From assembly GCF_006345805.1 (NCBI RefSeq), contig NC_042999.1, positions 6,200,001-6,264,000 on the forward strand: 64,000 nucleotides of DNA, read 5' to 3'. This document shows positions 23,136 through 34,154 of this stretch, piece by piece; position 1 is the first letter of the stretch, and every line of letters begins with the position of its first letter. The notes under the pieces were generated by a model. The model was not told the origin of the DNA. It did not search any database and worked only from the letters and a program-made list of their open reading frames with translations. The DNA is from Octopus sinensis. Taxonomy: Eukaryota. Both the position numbers and the translations under genes were made by a program.

Positions 23136-23695
23136 GTGTGCCGGTGGCATGTAAAAAGCACCATCTGAACGTGGCCGATGCCAGCGCCACCTAGACTGGC
23201 TTCCGTGCTGGTGGCACGTAAAAAGTACTGTCCAAATCGTGGCCGATGCCAGCGCTGCCTCGACTGGCTTCCGTGCCGGTGGCACATAAAATGCACCATC
23301 CAAATCGTGGCCGATGCCAGCGCTGCCTCGACTGGCTTCCGTGCCGGTGGCACATAAAATGCACCATCCAAATCGTGGCCGATGCCAGCGCTGCCTCGAC
23401 TGGCTTCCGTGCCGGTGGCACATAAAATGCACCATCCAAATCGTGGCCGATGCCAGCGCTGCCTCGACTGGCTTCCGTGCCGGTGGCACATAAAAAGCAC
23501 CATCCAAATCGTGGCCGATGCCAGCCTCACCTGGCACCTGTGCAGGTGGCACGTAAAAAGCACCCACTACACTCATGGAGTGGTTGGCGTTAGGAAGGGC
23601 ATCCAGCTGTAGAAACACTGCCAGATCAGACTGGAGCCTGGTGCAGCCTTCTGGCTTCCCAGATCCCCGGTTAAACGATGATGATGATGATGATC
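23136..23695 (+). mobile_element. RTE 3'UTR fragment with a 7-unit ~68-bp tandem array, in the last EEF1D intron
   Basis: GTGC(C/T/A)GGTGGCA units at 23138, 23205, 23273, 23341, 23409, 23477, 23540, then the common RTE tail and (GAT)n. Confidence 0.85.
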
Positions 23696-24057
23696 TTTCA
23701 TAGCCTGATCCAGCAATTTATTGTCGATAATTACTTGTAAGACATCTCAGTTGTCTTTCGTTTTGGGATTTGGTTTGCAAGATTCTTTATGAGTTTGTGT
23801 GTTGAAGCATATTCTATTGTGTCTGGGGAGACTCATTTTCTGTTTGTGCCTTATGTCACTCACTCACCGGTAAAATTTCCACGTTTTTCTTATTTTTATT
23901 GTCCTAAAATTTTAGGACATTAAAATTAGAAAAAAGTGGAAATTTTACCAGTGAGTGTGTTACATAATAAGGCACAAAAAGAAAATGACTCTCCCCAGAC
24001 ACAATAGAATCTCAGTTGTCTTAATTCATTAATTCTCTTTAATTAATTTTATTTCAG

Positions 24058-24096
24058 GTTCAAAGTGTGGATATTGCAGCTTTCAATAAAATCTGA
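24058..24096 (+). CDS. EEF1D: EF-1 delta terminal coding exon: VQSVDIAAFNKI*
   Basis: atttcag acceptor. Conserved family C-terminus VQSVDIAAFNKI followed by TGA. Confidence 0.97.
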   Translation, partial: VQSVDIAAFNKI

Positions 24097-24136
24097 GGCA
24101 GAGTTCAAGACCCATGTTTATTTAAAGAGCTCATAA

Positions 24137-24142
24137 AATAAA
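24137..24142 (+). promoter_or_regulatory. Polyadenylation signal of EEF1D
   Basis: AATAAA 41 nt after the stop codon, followed by T-rich sequence. Confidence 0.6.
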
Positions 24143-25279
24143 GTTCTTCAAAAATAATTTGTTTTATTTTTTAATTTGAAACAGAATTTGTATGAACAGA
24201 CATCTATCAATTTCTATTAGGATATATTTAAACAGTGCGGGAAATGTGTTTGATTAACTTAAGTTTCATAATTGTTTATGTGTGAAATTAGGTATGTTTT
24301 AAGCTGTCTTCACCTTTGCTGAAAATATGGAACCCTCTCCATTTGTAGTGTTGGTCAATGTTTGAAGCTTTCCAAATTAGACGGGTCTAACAGGAAAGCT
24401 GTGTGTGTGTGTGTTATACAGGGGAAGGAGTTAAATGTTTTTGGGCTAAATTTGGACAATTTTATCAGGAATGGTTTGTTGTATTGGTTGAACAGTCAAT
24501 GGTGTTGGAGAGCATAGAGGTTAAATAGTTGACACGGAGGACTGGAAGCCATTTGAATGTTGGAAAGGAGTTACTTGTATCATGAGGATGGATTTGTAGT
24601 GGGTATCAAAATGCTGACATAATGACTGCTGCTCAATGCCCTGTGGTCACTAAAGGCTGTAAGGTGTGACGTGGACAGCTGCAATGGAGACTATGAAGCT
24701 GTGGCCAGCAGGCATCTGACTGTGTCTGCATGCCAGAATTCATCTGACGGCTGCAGGACAGGGCCTCAGGCTCAATTCGGATGACTATGTGAAGTTGCTG
24801 GAAGGCCATACGTGTGGCAGTAGGATATTTGACTCTGCCATAACTCTGGAAAGAGAAGTGGTTGTTGGAGAATATCTATGACCCCCATCAGCCCCAATTT
24901 CTGGCCTCTTAATTCCCGCCTGATTGTAATCCTGTGAATTACCATGTGTGGGGTGTGGTTAGGAAAGGCCTCAACTGCTCTGCCTGAAACACTAAGGTCA
25001 AGCTGATGATGATGTTGCCAGATACAGTGAGGAATATGGTTCTGGGGTTGATTTGGGGCCATGAAAGAAGCAGAGGGTGGCTACTTTGAGTAAATTATCT
25101 CTCAGCCATAATTTGATATTACACTTTTACATATTTGTCATTTTGACTGGCCATGCTGGAGCACTGCCGTTTAGCTGAAGAAATCAACCCCTGGACTTAG
25201 TCTATCGTTCGTCTCTTTTGCCAAACTGCTAAGTTATGGGGATGCAAATACACCATCGATTGTCAAGTGATGGTGGAGG

Positions 25280-25316
<37 letters not shown>

Positions 25317-25500
25317 CTTCTTTCAGTTTCCATTAGCAAATCCACTCAAAGCTTGGTTGGCCCAAATCTATAGTAGAAGACACTTGCCCAGGGGAACTGA
25401 ACCTGGATCCCTGTGGTTCAGAAGTAAGCTTCTTACCCCACAGCCATGCCTTTGGTTTCTTTTAAATACTTTTCTTTTTGGATGGAATATTGTTTTCTAC

Positions 25501-26240
25501 ATAATTTACAATGGATGGAGAGGGGTCCACGTTTGTTGTTACCACAATGTTTCGGCTGATGTACTCTCCAGCCTTCATCAGCTGTTCTGGTCGAATTTCA
25601 AACCCAACCTTTTATTTGATTAATGGGGTACACTGTTCTCATTCTTAAGGCTTGTTGTTGTTATTTAATAGAAAAAATTAAAAGCAGTACATGCTCCTAA
25701 GCAGACCTTGTGCAGATATGAATGTAATATGGGAACCATGCTGGGCGAAATGCTTAGCAGTATTTCATGTCTTTACGTTTTGAGTTCAAATTCCGCTGAG
25801 GTTGGCTGTCATTAATCCTTTCAGGCTCGATAAATTAAGTACCAGTTGTGTACTGGGGTTGATCTAATTGACTGCCCTTCCCCAAAATTTTGTACCTTAG
25901 AGTAAAAAAGAATGTGGGAACTTGTATTAAGAAGAGATAAAACATTAAGTTTATAAGTCCCAAAATTCACTTTATAATTGCCCACAGGCATATGGCGTAG
26001 AGTGGGCTACTAACCCTTGGATTGTAAGTTCAATCCCAGGCAAGGAGTTGAAAAATAACATCAACATACCTTAGGATGTACCCCATCAGTTAAATAATGG
26101 GTTGGGTTGGAAATTCCACCAGAAAACCTGAGGAGGGCTGGAGAATACATCAGCTGAAACACTATGGTAACAACAAACAAGATGATGTGTGTCCAACTAA
26201 TGGAAATAATCTACTTCATTTCTCATCTCTGAAATATATA
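25501..26240 (+). mobile_element. Family E locus 1 (inverted arm, SINE B insert, decayed tRNA head, forward arm, tail)
   Basis: Inverted arm 25501-25666, head 25987-26045 (GGCTACTAACCC), forward arm 26051-26210, tail 26211-26240. Confidence 0.65.
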
Positions 26241-26826
26241 TTAGTATTATGGTTTTCTTTTATGCAAATTGTCGAATTTAGCCTGAACTCCCTGTAATTA
26301 TCCAAGCTTGTTTCATAAAATAAAAAAAATGGTGGTAGTGACTCAGTTGCTCAAACAACAGAATTTCTGTGATCTTGGTTGAGTATACCACAGACACCCA
26401 TCTTGGCAAAATATTGCAGTGTAGGCTTTTTGAATTTCAGATGTAATCTACCTAGTCAGCTTCTATATTTTCATCTACCCCAATTTTACCCATAACATAT
26501 TGCTTTGACAAGTTGTCCAAGATAGAATGCAGAGGACTTGAACCTGGGATCTCATGATTGTGAAACTCCTCAATGATCCTACTACACCTCCTGCATATAA
26601 TCATCAGATTGCAGCCATGCTGGAGCACCACCATTAGGAATTGTAGCTGAATAAATCAACTCCAGTACTTTTTAAAGTCTGATTCTATCGGTTCATTTTG
26701 CTGAACTGCTAGGTTCCATGGCTGTAAGCACACCAACACCAGTTGTCAAGGCCTGGTGGGAGACAGATACACACATAGGATGGACTTTTTTCAGTTTGTC
26801 TACCGAATCCACTCATGAGGCTGTTT

Positions 26827-26864
26827 TTTTTCTGAAGAAGAGCATAGGCTCGAAACGTAGAAGA
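26827..26864 (+). ncRNA. Minimal hammerhead ribozyme-like motif (second family) in a ~130-bp insert within SINE A
   Basis: CTGAAGA-A-GAGC-atag-GCTC-GAAA-C-GT-A, with a weak U-rich/GAAGA helix I. Confidence 0.5.
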
Positions 26865-27989
26865 CTTTCTATTCCTGAGCGTTATACTAATACATCTGTT
26901 TGTTGTCTACACCACCTGTCTTCATTTTTTTTTTTTTTTTTTTGTGAACCCTCCCCCTATAGTAGAAGACACTTGCTCTCTAGTGCCATGCAGTGGAGCT
27001 GAACCTAGAACCATGTGAATGGGAAGCAAGCTTCTTACCACACAGCCATTCCTGTATCCAAGTAGTTGAAATAAGGCAAGGTGTGGGGTGTAATAAGACT
27101 GATAGAATTAAATTCATTAGTGAATTCAAATAGGCGCAGGAGTGGCTGTGTGGTAAGTAGCTTGCTAACCAACCACATGGTTCCGGGTTCAGTCCCACTG
27201 CGTGGCATCTTGGGCAAGTGTCTTCGGCTATAGCCCCGGGCCGACCAATGCCTTGTGAGTGGATTTGGTAGACGGAAATTGAAAGAAGCCCGTCGTATAT
27301 ATATATGTGTGTGTGTGTGTGTGTTTGTCCCCCTAGCATTGCTTGACAACTGATGCTGGTGTGTTTACGTCCCCGCCACTTAGCGGTTCGGCAAAAGAGA
27401 CCGATAGAATAAGTACTGGGCTTACAATAGAATAAGTCCCGGGGTCGATTTGCTCGACTAAAGGCGGTGCTCCAGCATGGCCGCAGTCAAATGACTGAAA
27501 CAAGTAAGAGTAAAAGAGAGAGAGGTCAGTTTACAATTATGATTGTCTGTTGAGTTCCTCTAACTTTAAGATAAAACTAATTGCTAATAAACCAACTTGT
27601 TTTGGGTTTTTTATCTATTCACATCTTACATTTCATGTTTCTGGGTCCCAACTTTCTGTTCATGAACATCCTCTTTGGCTGGGTTTGAACTCAGAGCTTT
27701 TACTTACTCAAAATTTAATGCATAGCAATGAATGATAACCCTTCAGTGTTTAAACTGGCCCAATATATTCTACATGTTTTATATTCAAACTGGCGATGTC
27801 TAGCCTCTCACACCTAACCTACAATGCCATTCTAAAAATAAGTAATCACATCATTGAAACCTCAAAGCTGTAAGATGATCCAGGATTAATTCAAAACAAT
27901 TTGAGTGGAAAAGTATTACATTTAACAGAGTAATCTGAACACTAAGGGGTTAAAGTAGAGGCGAGTTCACCAGAGCTTGCTTTCTCAGC

Positions 27990-28770
27990 CCACTCTTACT
28001 TATCGTTGTTCTCCAAGCCATAAGAGGAGGAATCTAAGACTGGCTGCCCCTGGGAGCTACTGTTTGTTCTCATAGTGGAAGCTGTAAGAAAATTAGAACA
28101 GAAATTCCAAGCATGGAAACCAAACTGGGAGTGAAAAGGCCCTTAAGTTAACAAAGACCCAAGTTCCAGTAAGCAAGAACACAGGACTCTATTCTCAAGT
28201 AAATGGCCCTGTTTGATATGCAGGAAAGGTGTAAGGAGGGATTTCAATGATTCGCCCAGGGCAAGATATGGGCAAAAGAGGTGCAGTGGAATCACAAGAA
28301 GGTAAACAGAAGAATTGAATTTGTATGTGGACGATGTGCAGGAGCAATAAACACCAAGGACATATGGGGAACGGACTTTTTCAAATGGCCTGGAGGATCC
28401 CTAGAGGTAGTCTCAGGTCATCTGATGAATTAGCAGAGGAGGAATTTCGATTGTATGATGCTTGTTTATTAAACAGCAGTGAGATAGCGACCCTGAATGC
28501 AGAAAATATGTGAACCCTAGAGTGGGAGAAAGCTTTTACGCTCCATTGGATATGCAACATCAGCAAGAAAGCGAGACGACTGTGTTGGTTTAGTCATGCA
28601 AATCCTTATGATGAGGGCAGCTCACTGGAAGTGGATGCTATTAGTGAAAGAAAACAATAAAGTAGTGAAAGATGAGCCCCAGAGAAGCAAGATGGATGAT
28701 TTGCTGTACTTGTGAAGTACATCCATCATGGCAACAATGAGACCCAAAAAGCAATTTGTTTAGGTTTGTA
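27990..28770 (+). mobile_element. Highly degenerate RTE ORF2 remnant
   Basis: SKWPCLICRKGV and GRCAGAINTK segments are colinear with the knuckle region of the 48.4-49.9 kb RTE; many stops. Confidence 0.5.
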
Positions 28771-28783
28771 CCTGCTAAGCTTA

Positions 28784-29164
28784 GGAGGAAGGAAGCACTC
28801 CGTTGGTTACGACGACGAGGGTTCCGGTTGATCCGACCAACGGAACAGCCTGCTCGTGAAATTAACGTGTAAGTGGCTGAGCACTCCACAGACACGTGTA
28901 CCCTTAACGTAGTTCTCGGGGATATTCAGCGTGACACAGAGAGTGACAAGGCCGGCCCTTTGAAATACAGGTACAACAGAAACAGGGAGTGAGAGAAAGT
29001 TGTGGTGAAAGAGTACAGCAGGGATCACCACCATCCCCTGCCGGAGCCTCGTGGAGCTTTTTTAGGTGTTTTCGCTCAATAAACACTCACAACACCCGGT
29101 CTGGGAACTGAAACCGCGATCCTATGACAGCGAGTCCGCTGCCCTAACCACTGGGCCTCCACTG
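28784..29164 (-). mobile_element. tRNA-derived SINE family D (young)
   Basis: 13-bp TSD CCTGCTAAGCTTA at 28771-28783 and 29165-29177. Near-identical copies at 22281-22660(+) and 40285-40670(-). Same head on other bodies at 11745-12100(-) and 56340-56580(+). Confidence 0.85.
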
Positions 29165-30729
29165 CCTGCTAAGCTTAATTGCTACACCATTCTGCTCATT
29201 CAAGATTTCTCAATCCCTTGTCACCCCCCCTAACACCCATCATCCCCAATGGCATTACTCTGCTCCTGTACTCACTGGAATCAGCATATGCTACACCCCA
29301 CCCTCAAACCACTTCCCTTTCTGCACTACTTTCCCCTCCAATCACCTTTCTGTGCCTCCAGTTATCTCACCCTTTCCTGCCACACTCTATCTTAACACCT
29401 TTGCTATCATTCTCAACACCCTCGTCCCATCCCCTCATCCCTACCACTACATCTCCCTCCCAACCACTCCTACACTTTGCACACCATCCTCATCCTTGAG
29501 CCACTCCTATCCCTCTCACCCTACCCCATCAAATGTACTCCCCTCACTGATCTACTATCTGTGCAGCCTAACATTCCTGTACCCCTCAGATTGCTCTGAC
29601 ACCCGTTCACCCTGATATTAATTGGGTGGTAGCCATATATCTCCTGCATAGCAAGACACCTGTGCTTGTCCTTCACAGCACCTGGCATAAATCTCCTCCC
29701 CACCTCTCAAATACTCTCTTCTCACCAAATCCTTTGGCATTCAGAATACTCCATCGAATGTAAACCTGCTTTTATTCATATCATTTTCAATTAATCACGA
29801 ATTATCTGAGTTTGGAAATTTCACTCATACGATTACTCTTTTACTTGATTCTGTCATTTGACTGTGGCCATGCTGGAGCACCGCCTTTAGCTGACCAAAT
29901 CGACCCCGGGACTTTTTTTTTGTAAGCCCAGTACTTATTCTATCGGTCGCTTTTGCTGAACCGCTAAATGACGGGGACGTAAACACACCAGCATCGGTTG
30001 TCAAGCAATGCTAGGGGGACAAACACAGACACACACATCTATATATATATATATACATACGATGGGCTTCTTTCAGTTTCCGTCTACCAAATCCACTCAC
30101 AAGGCATTGATCGACTCGGGGCTATAGCAGAAGACACTTGCCCAAGATGCCACGCAGTGGGACTGAACCCGGAACCATGTGGTTGGTTAGCAAGCTACTT
30201 ACCACACAGCCACTTCCGCGCCTTTAGACGTTAAATAATAATAATGATATTTTTTAAACATAGAAACCATTTCAAATGCACCAGAAAAGAAATGGCATCA
30301 ATTAATAAAATGCCAAAACTAAAACATTGATAATAATAAGAGCACTCAGAGAGTGCAAGCTTCCACCAGGGCAATACCAACGTCCTCTCAACGATAAGCC
30401 GGAGATGATTTTTAAAATGAGAATATCTGTTAAAAACTCGACTGCTTTCACAAACAAGAATACTAAAAATGAACCCAACTGCACTCAAAAATTAAGTAAC
30501 AGAACTGGAAAAATAATCCAGAATCCTTGTCTGGTACCGGATTGATCCCAAAATCTTATCAGTTTGTGCCAGTCACGAGGCCAAACAACTCTAAAAATTT
30601 CATCTGAATCCATCCAGTGGTTCTTGAGATATCTGGTCCACAGACAAACAAACAAATGTGACTGAAAACCTTTGCTAAGACGGAGATAATAAAAACAGAA
30701 TAAAAATAAAAGTATGTAATAAAGAGTGT

Positions 30730-30735
30730 TTTATT
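30730..30735 (-). promoter_or_regulatory. Polyadenylation signal of the UBF-like gene
   Basis: AATAAA on the minus strand just after the predicted stop. Confidence 0.55.
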
Positions 30736-30757
30736 AAAAGAAATGTCTTGATGATGA

Positions 30758-30830
30758 TCATGTTGTTGTCGCTGCTGCAGGAGTAGAAACTGTTCTCATT
30801 TTGTTGGTCCTTGAATTTAGGGATTTTTGC
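30758..30830 (-). CDS. UBTF: UBF-like terminal exon: (M)QKSLNSRTNKMRTVSTPAAATTT*
   Basis: attttcag acceptor, phase-2 compatible, TGA at 30760-30758, AATAAA 23 nt further on. Confidence 0.72.
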
Positions 30831-32023
30831 CTGAAAATGAAATATAACTAAATATACAAAGACATTCTATATTTTAATATTACATAAAGTGAAATTCGAT
30901 GACGGGCACGAGCACCATATGAGTGTGATCGTTGACAGAGTGGCTAACTGGCTTCCGTGCCAGTGGCACATAAAAGGCACCATTCGAGTGTGATCGTTAC
31001 CAGTGTCGCCTTACTGGCACCTGTGTCCCATGCTAGTAGGGTGCCAAGAGCACCATCCGAGAGTGATCGTTGCCAGAGCAGCCAACCGGCTTCCGTGCTG
31101 GTGGCACATAAAAGGTACCACTCGAGCGGGATCGTTACCAACGCCGCCTTACTGGCGCCTGTGCCGGTGGCATGTGTAAAAAGATTCGAGCGAGGTCATT
31201 GTCAGTACCGCCTGACTGGCCCCCATGCCGCAGGCATGTAAAAAGCACCCACTCCACTCTCAGAGTGGTTTGCGTTGGGAAGGGCATCCAGCTGTAGAAA
31301 CTCTGCCAGATCAAGACTGGAGCCTGGTGCAGCCATCTGGTTCGCCAGTCCTCAGTCAAACCGTCCAACCCATGCTAGCATGGAAAGAGGACATTAAATG
31401 ATGATGATGATGATATTTAAAAGGTTGCAAGCTGGCAGAATCATTAGCACAGGTAAAAATGCTCAGTGGCATCTTGTCTGCCTTTACATTCTGAGTTCAA
31501 AGGCTGCCGAGGGTGAATTTGCCTTTCATCGTTTCCAGAGTTGACTTTAAACCACCCCACGCCCGAAATTGCTGGCCTTGTGCCAAATATGAAATCAATG
31601 TCACCAATTGGTTTGAAATTGTAGCACAACACCAGCAATTTCAGGGCTAGGCTAAAGTGATTACATTGACCCCAAAGTACCCAGTACTCAACAGGTACTT
31701 ATTTTATTAACTTTAAAAGGCAAAGCCAACCACAGTAGAATTTGAACTTGGAACATAAAGATGGACAAAACGCTGCTAAGCAATTTGCCTGGTCTGCTCA
31801 CAGTTCTGCCAGTTCACCACTTTTTCTTCTTTAAACCCATTAAAAGCCAAAGTGGTTGGCATTATGAAGGGCATCCAGCTATAGAAACATTGCCAGATTG
31901 TATTGGAGCCTGGTGCAGCCTTCTGGCTCACCAGCCCCCAGTCAAACTGCCCAACCCATGCCTGCATGGAAAGTGGATGTTAAACGATGAGGATTAACAA
32001 TAACTATCAACTGTCTCGTTAAA

Positions 32024-33210
32024 TTAGGTTGTCAGGAAAGTTCTTGCGTAATTTTTAATTTTGATTTTAAATTATGTATTTTCAAATTGCTTTGACTTTA
32101 TATATCATTTTAAAGTCTGTTCTTTGCTCTATCTAATCGTGTTACTCTTTTTCTTTTTAAATAACGAGGCCATTTTGCAAATTTGCACAACTTTCTTATT
32201 CCATTTCAAGCTAAGCCGAAAAGGCTGCTGAAACAGCTCACAATACCAACAATGTATTTGACCCAGGAACCACAAATGAACCATTAGCAAAAATGGTGGT
32301 TCAAGAAATTTCGTACTGGTCGGCCATCGGATGTTGACAATGATCAACTAAGAGCCTTAGTCACAGCCAATCCAGGCACAACCGTTCAAGAGCTTGCTTC
32401 TGAATTAGACGTAACGTATATGACAATTTCCAACCGCTTGAAAGAGATAGCAAAAACATAAATACTTGAGAAATGGGTGCTGCACGAATTGAACAACAAC
32501 CAAAAGAAAAAAAAAACGCCGTTTTGAAGTGTCATCTTCTCTTCTTTTACACAACTGGATTGTGACTTGTGATGAAAAGTAGATTCTTTACGACAACCAG
32601 TGATGCTCAGCTCAGTGGTTGGATGCTGACAAAGCTCCACGGCACTTCCCGAAGCGAAATTTGCACTAAAAGAAGGTCATGGTGACTGTTTGGTGGTCTG
32701 CGGCTGGTCTCATCCATCACAGATTTTGGGATCCAAGCAAAACCATTACGGTGGAGAAGTACTGTCAGCAAATGGATGAAATGCATAAGAAACTCCAACA
32801 ACAGTCAGTATTGGTCAATAGAAAAGGACCAATTCTTCTCCATGAAAATGCTTGGCCACATGTCACACAACTGACCCTACAGAAGTTGAATGAATTGGGC
32901 TACGAAACTCTGCCTCATCTGCCATACTCACCAGACCTCTCGCCTACAGATTACCACTTTTTCAAGCATCTCGACAACTTCCTGTGTGAGAAATGTTTCA
33001 AAAACCAAGACAATGCCATACACGCCTTCAACGACTCCATCGCCACCAGAACGCAGGATTTTTACGCTACCGGCATAAATAAACTTGTTTTGCGTTGGCA
33101 AAAGTGTGTTGATTCTGATGGTGTTTACTTTGAATAATAAAGTTTTGTTTGAGTTGAGATATGTAAATCTGAATTTAAAGGTTAAAAGCCGCAAGCTCTT
33201 GACAACCTAA
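32024..33210 (+). mobile_element. Mariner transposon, Hsmar1-like (cecropia-type), defective
   Basis: TIRs TTAGGTTGTC.../...GACAACCTAA followed by TA. ORF 32679-33137 with YSPDLSPTDYHFFKHLDNFL. 5' part has stops and frameshifts; HDNARPH is altered to HENAWPH. Confidence 0.92.
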
Positions 33211-33468
33211 TAAAATATAAACCTGATTTAACAACCAAAGATTCTATTTTTATGGAATTTGTTCTTTGAAATTTAGGTGGGAAACTTCATTTGTAGCCCC
33301 CTTTCATATCCCCATCACATCTTAGATGCCACTAACGGAATTATCATCACTGAGATCTGGCCTTCCTTCCTGCTAGTCAAATATTGGGGCTCTGCCCAAG
33401 GACATGGCCACCACCACCTGTTTCTCAATAATCGATCAAACAATAGAATAAAAATGATTGTGAATTAC

Positions 33469-33612
33469 ATTGCTTTCCTCTGCTTTTTGTACGATTGCTG
33501 TGAAGCTTTCGGCAGCATTTTCCACCGTTCCTGAAGAGCTTTATATTTTTCAGCTTTGTCAAGACCAGGTAAAGAATCTTTATTTTCACTGTAGTATAAC
33601 AAAAACGCAGAT
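33469..33612 (-). CDS. UBTF: UBF-like HMG box C: SAFLLYYSENKDSLPGLDKAEKYKALQERWKMLPKASQQSYKKQRKA
   Basis: ctttccag acceptor, gtaatt donor, 144 nt, phase 2-2. Canonical SAF....W..L....Y HMG pattern. Confidence 0.9.
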
Positions 33613-33739
33613 CTGGAAAGAAAAAAAAAAATTACAGAAAGTAGTAAGAATAATGAAACTTAAGAAAAAATCTTCCACTCTAACAAAATATTCTGTCTCT
33701 ACAACAACCATGTTCACCATGTGGTAAATATAAAAGAAG

Positions 33740-34154
33740 GCGGCGAGCTGGCAGCAATGTTAGCATGCTGGGCGAAATGCTTAGCAGTATTTCGTCTGCC
33801 GTTATGTTCTGAGTTCAAATTCCACCGAGGTCGACTTTGCCTTTCATCCTTTCGGTGTCGATAAATTAAGTACCAGTTATGCACTGGAGTCGATATAATC
33901 AAATTAATCCCTTTCTCTGTCCTTGTTTGTCCCTTCTGTGTTTAGCCCCTTGTGGGTAGTAAAGAAATAGGTGTTTCGTCTGTCTTTACATTCTGAGTTC
34001 AAATTCCACCAAGGGCGACTTTGCCTTTCATCCTTTCGGGGTCAATTAAATAAGTACCAGTTATGCACTGGAGTCGATATAATCAAATTAATCCCTTTCT
34101 CTGTCCTTGTTTGTCCCTTCTGTGTTTAGCCTCTTGTGGGTAGTAAAGAAATAG
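33740..34154 (+). mobile_element. tRNA-derived SINE family B (Meta-domain-like body), head + duplicated body
   Basis: GGCGGCGAGCTGGCAG head, GAGTTCAAATTCC B box, GCCTTTCATCCTTTCGGGGTCGATAAA body. 16-bp TSD at 33724-33739 and 34155-34170. Other copies at about 2575-2745(+), 4850-4990(-), 7365-7590(+), 12925-13075(+), 14255-14697(+, x2), 16570-17205(-, x3), 18988-19210(-), 25735-25915(+), 31420-31620(+), 31640-31815(-), 35533-35728(+), 46060-46260(-), 58780-58950(-), 61730-61820(-). Confidence 0.85.

Noticed and set aside
23138-23560. CRISPR-like array (palindromic repeat plus spacer, about 68-bp period)
   Set aside because: Eukaryotic intron, no cas genes, and the spacers are copies of each other. 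The unit is part of the RTE 3'UTR seen at many other sites.
22952-23618. Overlapping 80-212 aa ORFs in the supplied track
   Set aside because: They are translations of the tandem array. The same pseudo-peptides (MFLQLDALPNANHS...) recur wherever the RTE tail occurs.
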